Shown: piece by piece, positions 40,340 to 49,161 of the stretch
How positions within the stretch are numbered: the first letter of the stretch is position 1
Layout: each line of letters starts with the position of its first letter
Assembly: GCA_963706575.1 (NCBI GenBank)
Contig: CAVPNL010000003.1
Location: 96,001 to 160,000 of the forward strand
DNA from: an uncultured delta proteobacterium
Lineage (GTDB): Bacteria; Desulfobacterota; Desulfobacteria; Desulfobacterales; JAHEIW01
Direction of reading: 5' to 3'
DNA: 64,000 nt
Translations under genes and position numbers: made by a program
The notes under the pieces: model-generated
Told to the model about the DNA's origin: nothing
What the model saw: the letters and a program-made list of their open reading frames with translations, nothing else
The model's database searches: none

Positions 40340-41734
40340 TTACTTGTCTATCCCGAGTTTGTCGAGACGGTACCGCAGGGAGCGAAAGCTGATTCCGAGT
40401 AATTCGGAAGCTTTATTTTTATTGCCGTTGCTGCAGTCCAGCGCTTTTTTCAGGTATCCACGCTCAATTTCTTCCAGAATTGAATCCAGCGCAACCCCCC
40501 GGGCAACCTCATCCAGATCAAAGCGGCGATCTTTAAATCCCTCGATCCAGCGGCGCTTGTGAAGCGAAAGGGCCAGGCTGTCCGGCAAAATGATGTTGGT
40601 GGTGGAAAGCGCCACACTGCGTTCGAGTAAATTTTCAAGTTCCCGAATATTGCCTGGAAAGTCATACTTTTTAAGCAAATCAAGCGCATAGGATGAAAAC
40701 TTGGTAATTTCCTTGCCCATTTCTTTTGAGTATTTTTCGAGAAAATGCTGGGCCAATGCCCGCAGGTCGGTCTTGCGCTCTCTGAGCGTCGGCACTTTGA
40801 TTTCAATCACATTGAGGCGGTAAAAAAGATCTTCCCGAAAATTGCCGGCAATCACCTCTTTTTCCAGACTTTTATTGGTCGCTGAAATAATGCGGATATC
40901 AACTGAAATATCCTCATTGCCGCCCACCGGCATAAACACTTTTTCCTGGACCGCTCGCAGCAATTTGACCTGGATGGGCAGGCTCAATTCGCCGATTTCA
41001 TCCAGAAAAACAGTCCCTTTATGCGCGATCTCAAACAGCCCCTTTTTATCATGGGTGGCTCCGGTAAACGCCCCTTTTTTATGTCCGAACAGCTCGCTTT
41101 CCATGAGGGTTTCCGGGATGCCGCCGCAGTTGATGACCATAAAGGGCTGCTCATTGCGTTTACTTTCCTGATGAATGGCCTTGGCAATGACCTCTTTGCC
41201 GGTACCGCTCTCTCCGGTAATCAGGACATTGGTTTTGGTCTCCGCCACCTGTTCGATCAATTTATAGATATGGCGCATGGCCGGACTGCTGCCCACGATC
41301 ATGCCATAATGCAGGCTTTGTTTCAGCTCGTCATCCAGTTGCTTTTTTTCATGCTCGATGGTTCTTAATTTCAGCGCCTTGGCAATCGTGGCCAGCAGTT
41401 CATCCTTGTCAAAGGGCTTGGGAACATAGTCATATGCGCCTTCATTCATCGCTTCGACGGCGGTTTCGGTGGTGGCATAGGCGGATATCATGATAACCAC
41501 ATTATCCGGATGTTGCTGCTTGGCAGCGCGCAAAACATCGAGCCCGGTGATATCGCCCAGCCGGATATCGCACAGCAAAAGATCAAAATGATATTGTTCC
41601 AGCAGGCTGATGGCCTCCCGCCCGGATTGGGCACAGGAAACTTTATAATTTTCTCTTGTCAGCATGTATTCAAGTAATTCGCGCATGCTGAGTTCATCAT
41701 CGACTACCAGAATATGGGGAGAATTTGTCGTCAT
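40340..41734 (-). CDS. pilR: Sigma54-dependent response regulator (NtrC family), PilR-like
   Basis: Receiver domain (VVDDE, LCDIRL, YVPKPF); GESGTGKE, GAFTGA, FLDEIG, FREDLFYRLNV and PGNIRELEN; Fis-type HTH (ISFRSLRYRL); upstream of the pilin gene. Confidence 0.85.
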   Translation of the reverse strand: MTTNSPHILVVDDELSMRELLEYMLTRENYKVSCAQSGREAISLLEQYHFDLLLCDIRLGDITGLDVLRAAKQQHPDNVVIMISAYATTETAVEAMNEGAYDYVPKPFDKDELLATIAKALKLRTIEHEKKQLDDELKQSLHYGMIVGSSPAMRHIYKLIEQVAETKTNVLITGESGTGKEVIAKAIHQESKRNEQPFMVINCGGIPETLMESELFGHKKGAFTGATHDKKGLFEIAHKGTVFLDEIGELSLPIQVKLLRAVQEKVFMPVGGNEDISVDIRIISATNKSLEKEVIAGNFREDLFYRLNVIEIKVPTLRERKTDLRALAQHFLEKYSKEMGKEITKFSSYALDLLKKYDFPGNIRELENLLERSVALSTTNIILPDSLALSLHKRRWIEGFKDRRFDLDEVARGVALDSILEEIERGYLKKALDCSNGNKNKASELLGISFRSLRYRLDKLGIDK

Positions 41735-41751
41735 AATTGTTCCCGGGTTCT

Positions 41752-41777
41752 TAGAAGTGGTTTCAAAACCACTTCTA
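41752..41777. mobile_element. Collapsed MITE remnant (fused TIRs flanked by TA)
   Basis: TAGAAGTGGTTTCAAAACCACTTCTA equals the left and right TIRs of the 35134 element joined at their shared AAACC. Confidence 0.75.
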
Positions 41778-41825
41778 GTATTTATTGTTTATTCGGCCAT
41801 TTGCCGATGGACCTTAACTCCTTTT

Positions 41826-43109
41826 TTATATCCCCTCTTCAAACACAACGCGTCCACCGACCATGGTCAGCACCGGTTTGCCTCGCAGCAGCCAGCCGTT
41901 AAAAGGGCAGTTTCTACTAAGCGATTGAAATTGTGAAACATCCACCTTAAAGGCCGCATGTGGGTCGATAATGGTGATATCCGCCGCCCGCCCGGGCCGC
42001 AAGCCGTGGGCAAGGCCGAGGATGCGTGCCGGATTTGCGGACATCTTTTCAATTAATTCCGTTAATGAGATGACACCTTCCTGTACCAGCTTTAATCCTA
42101 ACGAAACCGCAGTCTCCAGTCCGATAACACCGTTGGCGGCCTTATTAAATTCAACAGCCTTTTCGCGGGCTGAGTGGGGGGCATGATCGGTCGCAATCAC
42201 ATCAATCGTTCCGTCGGCCAATCCCCTGCGGACGGCTTCCCGGTCCTCAGCCGAGCGCAGCGGCGGGTTCATTTTGGCATCGGTCCCGCATTGCCGCACG
42301 GCCTCATCGGTTAACATAAAATAATGCGGAGCCGTTTCAGCAGTCACCTTCAGACCGCTTGATTTTGCTTCCCGCAGCGCCCGCACGGATTCAGCCGTGC
42401 TCACATGTGCAATGTGCACCGGGGCTCCGGTTGATTCGCTCAGGGCAATATCGCGCTCAACCATGACACTCTCGCTGGCATTGGATATGCCGGCCAGCTG
42501 CAGCTCGGAAGCGACCGTACCGGCGTTCATAACGCCGCCGGCCGCCAGGTTCAGATCCTCGCAGTGGGAAATTACCGGCAGATTATGGCGTTTGGCAGCC
42601 GTTAATGCGTCCTGCATGAGGCGGTCATCCATAACCGGATTGCCGTCATCCGACACGGCAACTGCACCGCAGGCTTTCAGCCGCTCAAACTCACAGATTT
42701 GCCTGCCTGCCAGCCCGACGCTGATCGCGCCCACCGGATAGACTTTTGCAAAATTTGCCCGGCCCGCCTGGCTTAAAATAAATTCAGTTATCTCACAATT
42801 ATCATTTACCGGATGGGTGTTGGGCATCGCGCAGACCGCAGTGAATCCGCCCCAGGCGGCTGCCCGGGAGCCCGTCTCGATGGTCTCTTTGTGCTCATGA
42901 CCGGGTTCTCTGAGATGAACGTGCATATCGATAAAACCCGGACAGACAATTTTACCGGAGGCGTTAATTATCTTAGAGACCGGCGCTATTGCTTCTTTTT
43001 GGCCTTCTTTTACGATCTCGACAATTTTATTTGCGCGCACAAGAATATCGGCTATCGTATCCAGATGACCGGGGTCGATGACTCTGCCGCCCTGTATCCG
43101 GGTTAACAT
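41826..43109 (-). CDS. pyrC: Dihydroorotase
   Basis: PGFIDMHVHLREPG, AMPNT, KMNPPLR and IATDHAPH motifs. Confidence 0.95.
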   Translation of the reverse strand: MLTRIQGGRVIDPGHLDTIADILVRANKIVEIVKEGQKEAIAPVSKIINASGKIVCPGFIDMHVHLREPGHEHKETIETGSRAAAWGGFTAVCAMPNTHPVNDNCEITEFILSQAGRANFAKVYPVGAISVGLAGRQICEFERLKACGAVAVSDDGNPVMDDRLMQDALTAAKRHNLPVISHCEDLNLAAGGVMNAGTVASELQLAGISNASESVMVERDIALSESTGAPVHIAHVSTAESVRALREAKSSGLKVTAETAPHYFMLTDEAVRQCGTDAKMNPPLRSAEDREAVRRGLADGTIDVIATDHAPHSAREKAVEFNKAANGVIGLETAVSLGLKLVQEGVISLTELIEKMSANPARILGLAHGLRPGRAADITIIDPHAAFKVDVSQFQSLSRNCPFNGWLLRGKPVLTMVGGRVVFEEGI

Positions 43110-43153
43110 AGCGGGTTTTCTCCCAACGCGTGCTTTGAAATTTCTGTGATCAA

Positions 43154-43840
43154 TTATTTTAATATTTGGCCGAGTCTGCCCCACCTGACGCCAAAATTTT
43201 CCTTATCCCATGACCAATAGATAATAAAAGCCTTGCCGTTCACCGCTTTATAATCGACAAATCCCCAAAAACGGCTGTCAAAGCTTTCATCCCGGTTGTC
43301 TCCCATCACGAACAGGGACTGCTCGGGCACGGTTACCGGCCCGAAATTATCTCTTGGCCGGATGTGGGCCGGCAGAATACGCGGATCCGTATAGACGCCA
43401 TAAGCATGATTAACTCTTTCTTGGTTGAGGTAGAGTTTTTTGTCACGAATCTCAATCACATCTCCGGGAATACCGATAACGCGTTTGATAAAATCCTTAT
43501 TGGGGTCAACGGGGTATTTAAAAACGACGATGTCGCCGCGATTCGGTTTTTTAATCGGAATAATGTTTTTGCGCAAATACGGTATTTTTAAGCCGTAGAT
43601 GAATTTGTTGACCAGGATGTGATCTCCGATCTGAAGCGTTTGCTTCATTGAGCCTGAAGGAATTTTAAAGGCCTGAACCACAAATGTCCTTATAAACAAC
43701 GCGATGACAATGGCCACTAAAATGGCTTCGATATTCTCGCGTAGCGTACCCTTTTGGGGATACTCATTTTCGGCCTCAGCAATATGATCAGATTTCAATG
43801 TTTCTTTGAACCTTTCTGTATGGAATTGGATTCGGCACAC
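43154..43840 (-). CDS. lepB: Signal peptidase I (start uncertain)
   Basis: IPSGSM, DFIKRVIG and MGDNRDESFDSRFWG motifs. Confidence 0.96.
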   Translation of the reverse strand: MCRIQFHTERFKETLKSDHIAEAENEYPQKGTLRENIEAILVAIVIALFIRTFVVQAFKIPSGSMKQTLQIGDHILVNKFIYGLKIPYLRKNIIPIKKPNRGDIVVFKYPVDPNKDFIKRVIGIPGDVIEIRDKKLYLNQERVNHAYGVYTDPRILPAHIRPRDNFGPVTVPEQSLFVMGDNRDESFDSRFWGFVDYKAVNGKAFIIYWSWDKENFGVRWGRLGQILK

Positions 43841-43909
43841 GAATCAATGGAATCGGCAATGGTTGTCCCATTGAGTAAAAGCGCATGTCCTGTGTTTGGT
43901 CTGTTTTAA

Positions 43910-44377
43910 TTACCCCATACCAGTGACATAAATGGCAAGCCGAATGACCAGGTTGCCGAACACGCCCGCTAGAACATCATCGAGCACGATCCCGCTGCCA
44001 CCCCCGACTCTTTTTTCAAGGATACGGATCGGAAACGGTTTCAGTATATCAAATACTCTAAAAATCACAAACCCGGCCAGCGCCGTCTTTAAGTTAAAGG
44101 GCAAACCTGCTAAAGTGACCATAATCCCTGCAATTTCATCAATAACGATTTGCCCTGGATCTTTTTGCTTTATGATCTTCTCTGCTGCCGATGCGATCCC
44201 TATCGCAAATAAGATAAAGGCCAGAATACAAATCACAGATATCAGGAGATTTAGACGGGAAAGAAGAAAACATACCGGCAGTCCGATTAACGATCCAAAG
44301 GTGCCGGGCGCAAAAGGTACGGTTCCGATAAGAAAACCTGTCGCCACAAAAAAAACCGCTTGTTCGCGAAATTTCAT
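43910..44377 (-). CDS. pgpA: Phosphatidylglycerophosphatase A
   Basis: APGTFGS, DPGQIVIDEIAG, FRVFDILKP and DDVLAG motifs. Confidence 0.95.
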   Translation of the reverse strand: MKFREQAVFFVATGFLIGTVPFAPGTFGSLIGLPVCFLLSRLNLLISVICILAFILFAIGIASAAEKIIKQKDPGQIVIDEIAGIMVTLAGLPFNLKTALAGFVIFRVFDILKPFPIRILEKRVGGGSGIVLDDVLAGVFGNLVIRLAIYVTGMG

Positions 44378-44529
44378 GGCCCGTGTCTATAACCTGCTCT
44401 GCCGTTTGTCAAGCGGCAAGCCCACCCGCCGGGCAATTCTCGGAAAAATTATCTGCGTGCGTCCGTGTGGGGTACGCCGCGGCACAGCTCGCCAGAGCGA
44501 AGACGGGTCTGTGGCTAATTCATCTGCCA

Positions 44530-45708
44530 TTATCTTTCCGCAACCTCTTTTGCGATGGTTTCATATACCACCCGCAGCGGCAAATTCCGTTTCAGCGCGA
44601 TCTTTCTGCAGACATCATATTCCGGGACCAAACGCTCGCCCCCATCCGGATCTTTGACCTGTTTAACCTGGATTTTGCCAAATGAGCTCTGAATTGTCAG
44701 CTGCTCTCGCGCAAGCAGTTTGCGCGCCGCTTTATAATAACGGACGCCCAGGGATGTGGTTTCAGAAAGAAGTCGTTGGATGAGCCGATCTTTTCCATCT
44801 TCCGCGCACAACACCTGTATCAGCGTGCCGGGTCTGTTTTTCTTCATGTAGACCGGGATCCAGTAGACATCGAGTGCGCCGTCTGCGTACAGGCGCTCCA
44901 TGATAAAACCGAAAAATTCCGGGTTCATATCATCGATACAGGTCTCCAGAATAATGATCTGATCGGTTTGCAAACCTTCGGATGAATCTGCAACGTCTCC
45001 CGTAATGATTCGCAGAAGATTTGGCCTGTCGGCCAATTCCCTTTGACCCGCACCATAGCCGGTTTTTTTTACATGCATGGGCGGCAGCGGACCAAAGGAT
45101 TCTGCCAGGGAGGCAATAATCGCGGCACCGGTCGGGGTGACCAGTTCGGCGGCCACGTCGGTTCCGTAAACCGGTGCATCCTTCAGAATTTCGATGGTCG
45201 CCGGCGCCGGAACCGGAAGCGTTCCGTGCTGGCACTTAACGAAACCGGAACCCAGGGGAATCCTGGAGGAGGTCACCTTATGGATGCCCAGTTTCTCTAA
45301 ACACAGTGCGCTACCGACAATATCAACAATCGCATCGACACCACCCACTTCATGGAAATGAACTTCGTGCAAATCGCAACCATGAATACCGGCTTCGACC
45401 CGGGCCAGCGTCTCGAATACGGTCAAACTGCTGGATTTAACGTCATCAGACAGGGGGCAATTTTCCAGCAATGACTTGATCGTTTTATAATCCCTTGAAT
45501 GATCGGAATTCTCGATTTCAACGCTTGCACATGTTGCCCGAATTCCATTTCTCATCACGGGCGTCGCCGTCAGTTGAAATCCATTTAAAGGCAAACGCGA
45601 CAGCTCATTTTGCAACCAGTCAACCGGCGCGCCGAGGTCTATTAAAGCGCCCAGGGTCATATCGCCGCTAATACCGGAGAAGCAATCAAAATAGGCTTGC
45701 AACAACAT
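44530..45708 (-). CDS. larC: Nickel pincer cofactor biosynthesis protein LarC
   Basis: YFDCFSGISGDM, HFHEVG.VDAIVD, PVPAPAT, TPTGAA, MKKNRPG and ETTSLGVR motifs. Confidence 0.92.
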   Translation of the reverse strand: MLLQAYFDCFSGISGDMTLGALIDLGAPVDWLQNELSRLPLNGFQLTATPVMRNGIRATCASVEIENSDHSRDYKTIKSLLENCPLSDDVKSSSLTVFETLARVEAGIHGCDLHEVHFHEVGGVDAIVDIVGSALCLEKLGIHKVTSSRIPLGSGFVKCQHGTLPVPAPATIEILKDAPVYGTDVAAELVTPTGAAIIASLAESFGPLPPMHVKKTGYGAGQRELADRPNLLRIITGDVADSSEGLQTDQIIILETCIDDMNPEFFGFIMERLYADGALDVYWIPVYMKKNRPGTLIQVLCAEDGKDRLIQRLLSETTSLGVRYYKAARKLLAREQLTIQSSFGKIQVKQVKDPDGGERLVPEYDVCRKIALKRNLPLRVVYETIAKEVAER

Positions 45709-45754
45709 GTGGCTACCTGTTGTAAATAACGCCAATATGCGTATTCATAAATTT

Positions 45755-45839
45755 AACCACGAAGGTCACGAAGGACACAAAGCAAGAAATTTAAAAATCT
45801 TGTAATAATCTTCGGGTATCTTCGTGATCTCTGTGGTGA
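45755..45839. repeat. Hairpin element with CACGAAG 9-mer arms
   Basis: ACCACGAAGGTCACGAAGGACACAAAG...CTTCGGGTATCTTCGTGATCTCTGTGGT. Confidence 0.6.
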
Positions 45840-45852
45840 CCGGACTTAAATA

Positions 45853-45880
45853 TTGACAAATGAGGCAATGGTTATAATAT
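45853..45880 (+). promoter_or_regulatory. Possible sigma70 promoter of selC
   Basis: TTGACA (45853) with TATAATAT (45873-45880); spacing 14-16 bp, suboptimal. Confidence 0.45.
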
Positions 45881-45924
45881 AGATCCCCTAACCCGGTCCA
45901 GCCGGAAAAAAACAAGCTAAAAAC

Positions 45925-46022
45925 GGAAGTGCGCAGCTGTCTGGTGAAGCTCCCGGACTTCAAATCCGGTGTGGGGCGCTAAAACCGTCCCGGGTGGGTT
46001 CGATTCCCATGCACTTCCGCCA
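45925..46022 (+). tRNA. selC: tRNA-Sec (anticodon TCA)
   Basis: GGAAGTGC...GGACTTCAAATCC...long variable arm...GGTTCGATTCC...GCACTTCCGCCA; 8-bp acceptor stem. Confidence 0.95.
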
Positions 46023-46521
46023 TTTAAAATAGCAGCATTATATTTCTAAATCAATCTCTTATCTCTTGATGACCATCAAGAGATTTTTTGTTTTTAAAGA
46101 CAAACTCTCCGGGATAAATGAAAAATATGAATCAGGTCGTTGGGATAATCCGGTTTTACCAAGCTGAAAAACGACATATTGCGTACCGTCTGCGTTCAAT
46201 GCCGGCCACCGCTCCAATTAAAATTTGTTTGCAGACGGCAATGCTAATATGTGAAGATATTGAGAAACGGCGGGCTTTCAAACGCCAGGATGATTAGCCA
46301 AAACGCTGACGCATAGAAAAGCGCATATATTAAGAAATTGTATTTTAAGCAAGAGGACATTAAAACGGCTTTATCGAAAGGTCTGTGAAATACGTGGATT
46401 GTGCAGCATCCAAGAACCTGATATATATTGTCGAACAGACCCTTCCCGGCACACGATTCAACGGATGGGGCAAGAGGCCGTCACTTCCAATCTTAGATTC
46501 GGTCTATTCAATGGGAGAAAA

Positions 46522-48210
46522 ATGGAAATCTGGAAACTGATCGGTGAGATATTACTGCTTCTTTTGGGTGCGTTTCTGCTCGGGGCCTTAGCGCAGCGGC
46601 TCAAACAGAGCGCCATTATCGGTTATCTTTTAGCGGGAATCGTCCTAGGCCCCCTGCTATTCAATCGGCAAGCAGTGATGAGCGTCGCAGAACTCGGTGT
46701 GGCCTTGCTGCTTTTTTCCATCGGACTGGAATTCTCGCTGGGTCGTCTGAAGCGCATGGGATCAATTGCTCTGGTGGGAGGAAGTCTTCAGGTGTTGCTG
46801 ACAATGGGGCTTTTTGCAGGCCTTTTTGTCCTGTTCCATCCGCCGGCTTCCGCGCTGGCCATTGGAGCGTTGGTGGCTCTCAGTTCGACGGCCATCGTGC
46901 TGCGGGTCCTGGTGGATCGGGCGGAAATTGACTCGGTCCATGGCCGATCGGCCCTGGGAGTCCTTCTGGTACAGGACGTTGCAGTGGTGCCTTTGGTTCT
47001 TTTTATTACCATACTCACCGGAGGCGGAAACTCCCTTGAGATCGCTGTGACCGTCGGCCGAACTTTAGGTGCCGCAGTCGCAATCGTTGCTCTGTTCTAT
47101 ATTCTATATTTTCAGATAATCCCTCGGCTTCTGCTAAAGACGGAACTTTTTGCCAATAGAGAGCTGGTGGTGCTGCTCACCATTCTGCTGGCCGTCGGAT
47201 CTATCTGGGCCGCCCATTCTGTGGGGCTATCTCCCTCGCTCGGGGCGTTTCTTGCAGGAATGCTGCTGGCGGAATCCCCTTTTGCCGCTCAAGTCCGCTC
47301 GGACATCGGTTCGATTCGAGTCCTTTTTGTAACCCTGTTTTTCGTCTCGATCGGCATGCTGGCCGATCCGGGCTGGTTTTTATCGAACTGGACTGTCGTC
47401 TTTCTGTGGCTCTTTCTGGTCGTCATCGGAAAAACGCTAATCGTTTATCTCATCTTCCTCTTTTTTAAAATCGGCCATGGCCAAGCCCTGGCCACAGGTA
47501 TTTCTCTATCACAGATGGGGGAGTTCTCATTTGTGCTGGGAACGATTGCAAAAACAGGGGGACTAATCGACGGCGAAATATTTGCGCTGATCGTTTCGGT
47601 CACTATTTTTTCCATGTTCATCGCCCCCTATGCGGTCAGTTATGCCATTCCGCTGGCGCGTTGGAGCGTGGGCCTGTTTTCATCCCGTCAACGGTCACTG
47701 ATGATGCAACAGGAAAAAAACGCCCTTACAACATCCGGCCGCATCTTGATTATCGGATTCGGCCCTGCCGGACAGGAGGTGGCCGACGCGCTCATAAAAG
47801 AAAAGCTCAGGCCGGAGGTAATCGAACTCAATCCGAAAACGGCGCAAATCGCTCGGGAAAAGGGGCTGCCATTGCATCTGGGAGATGCCTCGGGAGCAGA
47901 AATGCTTGAAAAAGGGGGGATTCACGAAGCCTGTATTGTGGTCGTCACCGTCCCGGATCCCCGTAGTGCAGCCCAGATCATTCGAACCATTCACCTGATG
48001 TCCCCTAACCTGCCGGTAATTGCGCGAAGCCGTTATCAAATCGCCGTTCCTGACCTGCAAAGAGCTGGAGCCGTCGTCATTGACGAAGAGCATACGGTCG
48101 GAATAGCAATCGCCCGAGAAGTCATCGAGGTTTTGCGCCAGCCTCAAAATGAAGCCATGGCCTGCGCACTTGCCGGCCAGAGGCCCGAAGAAGAAAATCC
48201 GAGGGATTGA
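46522..48210 (+). CDS. CPA2/Kef-type cation:proton antiporter with TrkA-N domain
   Basis: LLFSIGLEFS, ALSSTAIV, LVQDVA, LGAFLAG and SQMGEFSFV motifs; IIGFGPAG...GDA KTN domain. Confidence 0.92.
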   Translation: MEIWKLIGEILLLLLGAFLLGALAQRLKQSAIIGYLLAGIVLGPLLFNRQAVMSVAELGVALLLFSIGLEFSLGRLKRMGSIALVGGSLQVLLTMGLFAGLFVLFHPPASALAIGALVALSSTAIVLRVLVDRAEIDSVHGRSALGVLLVQDVAVVPLVLFITILTGGGNSLEIAVTVGRTLGAAVAIVALFYILYFQIIPRLLLKTELFANRELVVLLTILLAVGSIWAAHSVGLSPSLGAFLAGMLLAESPFAAQVRSDIGSIRVLFVTLFFVSIGMLADPGWFLSNWTVVFLWLFLVVIGKTLIVYLIFLFFKIGHGQALATGISLSQMGEFSFVLGTIAKTGGLIDGEIFALIVSVTIFSMFIAPYAVSYAIPLARWSVGLFSSRQRSLMMQQEKNALTTSGRILIIGFGPAGQEVADALIKEKLRPEVIELNPKTAQIAREKGLPLHLGDASGAEMLEKGGIHEACIVVVTVPDPRSAAQIIRTIHLMSPNLPVIARSRYQIAVPDLQRAGAVVIDEEHTVGIAIAREVIEVLRQPQNEAMACALAGQRPEEENPRD

Positions 48211-48252
48211 AGCACAAACAAAAGCGCAAGGAAGAATGAAAAATTCAGTTAA

Positions 48253-49002
48253 CTATTCATTATCACTTAATCCCTCAATCAGCGCCATTACGTTTTGGCC
48301 TAATACCTGGTGATTATAGCCGCCTTCCAGAATCCCGAAGCAGCCGCCTCCGGATCGGCTGGCTGCCGCTTTAACGAGTTGCCCAATTTTAAAATAATCT
48401 TCGGTCAGAAGCAGCCCTCCCCAGTCGTCACGGTGATTGTCAAAACCGGCTGAAATCCCGATTAAATCCACCCGACAGTCATCCAGTTCCTTTTCGATTT
48501 CCGCCAGAAACGACTGACGATCTGTAGCTTCCACATTATGAACCGTGACATAATTTATAGATCCAAGAATATTCACCGTCCCATCGCCGTAATGAAGGTC
48601 GATGTCCAATACATAGGCCGTTTTTATTTGCCCCTTATTTTTGAGGGCCTGCAATGCCACGGCCATATTGTTGAAAAAACAAAACCCCCAGGATGAATCA
48701 GCTGAAGCGTGGTGGCCGGGGGGGCGGATCAATCCAAAGGCCGGCTCGGCAAGTCCGATGCTTGCCGCCTGAACAGCCCCGCCGGCAGCTAGCGCGGCGA
48801 TATCGTAAAGGCCGCTTTGATGGACGGAATCAATGTGGGTTTTGGTGTGGGCCGCCTCAATATCCTTTTGGGTGGCCGACTGTGCCCTGACAAGCTCAAC
48901 CCTGGATTCGATGGCCTCCATGATGGACTCCATGCGACCTGCAGACGACGCCGGATCGGTGGTATAAACCCTGTAGAAATCTTCATGAAAAACGACTTTC
49001 AT
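48253..49002 (-). CDS. Histone deacetylase family protein
   Basis: RPPGHHA, GFCFFNN, DIDLHYGDGT, SAGFD and LEGGY motifs. Confidence 0.93.
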   Translation of the reverse strand: MKVVFHEDFYRVYTTDPASSAGRMESIMEAIESRVELVRAQSATQKDIEAAHTKTHIDSVHQSGLYDIAALAAGGAVQAASIGLAEPAFGLIRPPGHHASADSSWGFCFFNNMAVALQALKNKGQIKTAYVLDIDLHYGDGTVNILGSINYVTVHNVEATDRQSFLAEIEKELDDCRVDLIGISAGFDNHRDDWGGLLLTEDYFKIGQLVKAAASRSGGGCFGILEGGYNHQVLGQNVMALIEGLSDNE

Positions 49003-49061
49003 GGTTCCCCCATATCAAATAATAGAGGTTTCAGGTGTCAGTAAAATAACTCACCAATCAT

Positions 49062-49160
49062 AGCTGGTAAGCTGGGAAGCTTGGAGGCTATAGGCTTGCA
49101 AAAATTTAGCTTTCCAGTTTCCCGGCCTTCCAGCCTCCCCGCCTTATAGCTTTCCAGCCG
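49062..49160. repeat. Hairpin element with AAGCTGGG 8-mer arms
   Basis: AGCTGGTAAGCTGGGAAGCTTGGAGGC...GCTTTCCAG...CCTTCCAGCCTCC...GCTTTCCAGC. Confidence 0.6.
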
Positions 49161-49161
49161 A

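Noticed and set aside
43932..44657. 241-aa plus-strand ORF
   Set aside because: It is antisense to pgpA and larC, which have clear family motifs.
45766..45963. 65-aa minus-strand ORF and similar short ORFs over repeats (14776, 35139, 54094)
   Set aside because: They overlap selC or hairpin/MITE elements and show no protein-like motifs.
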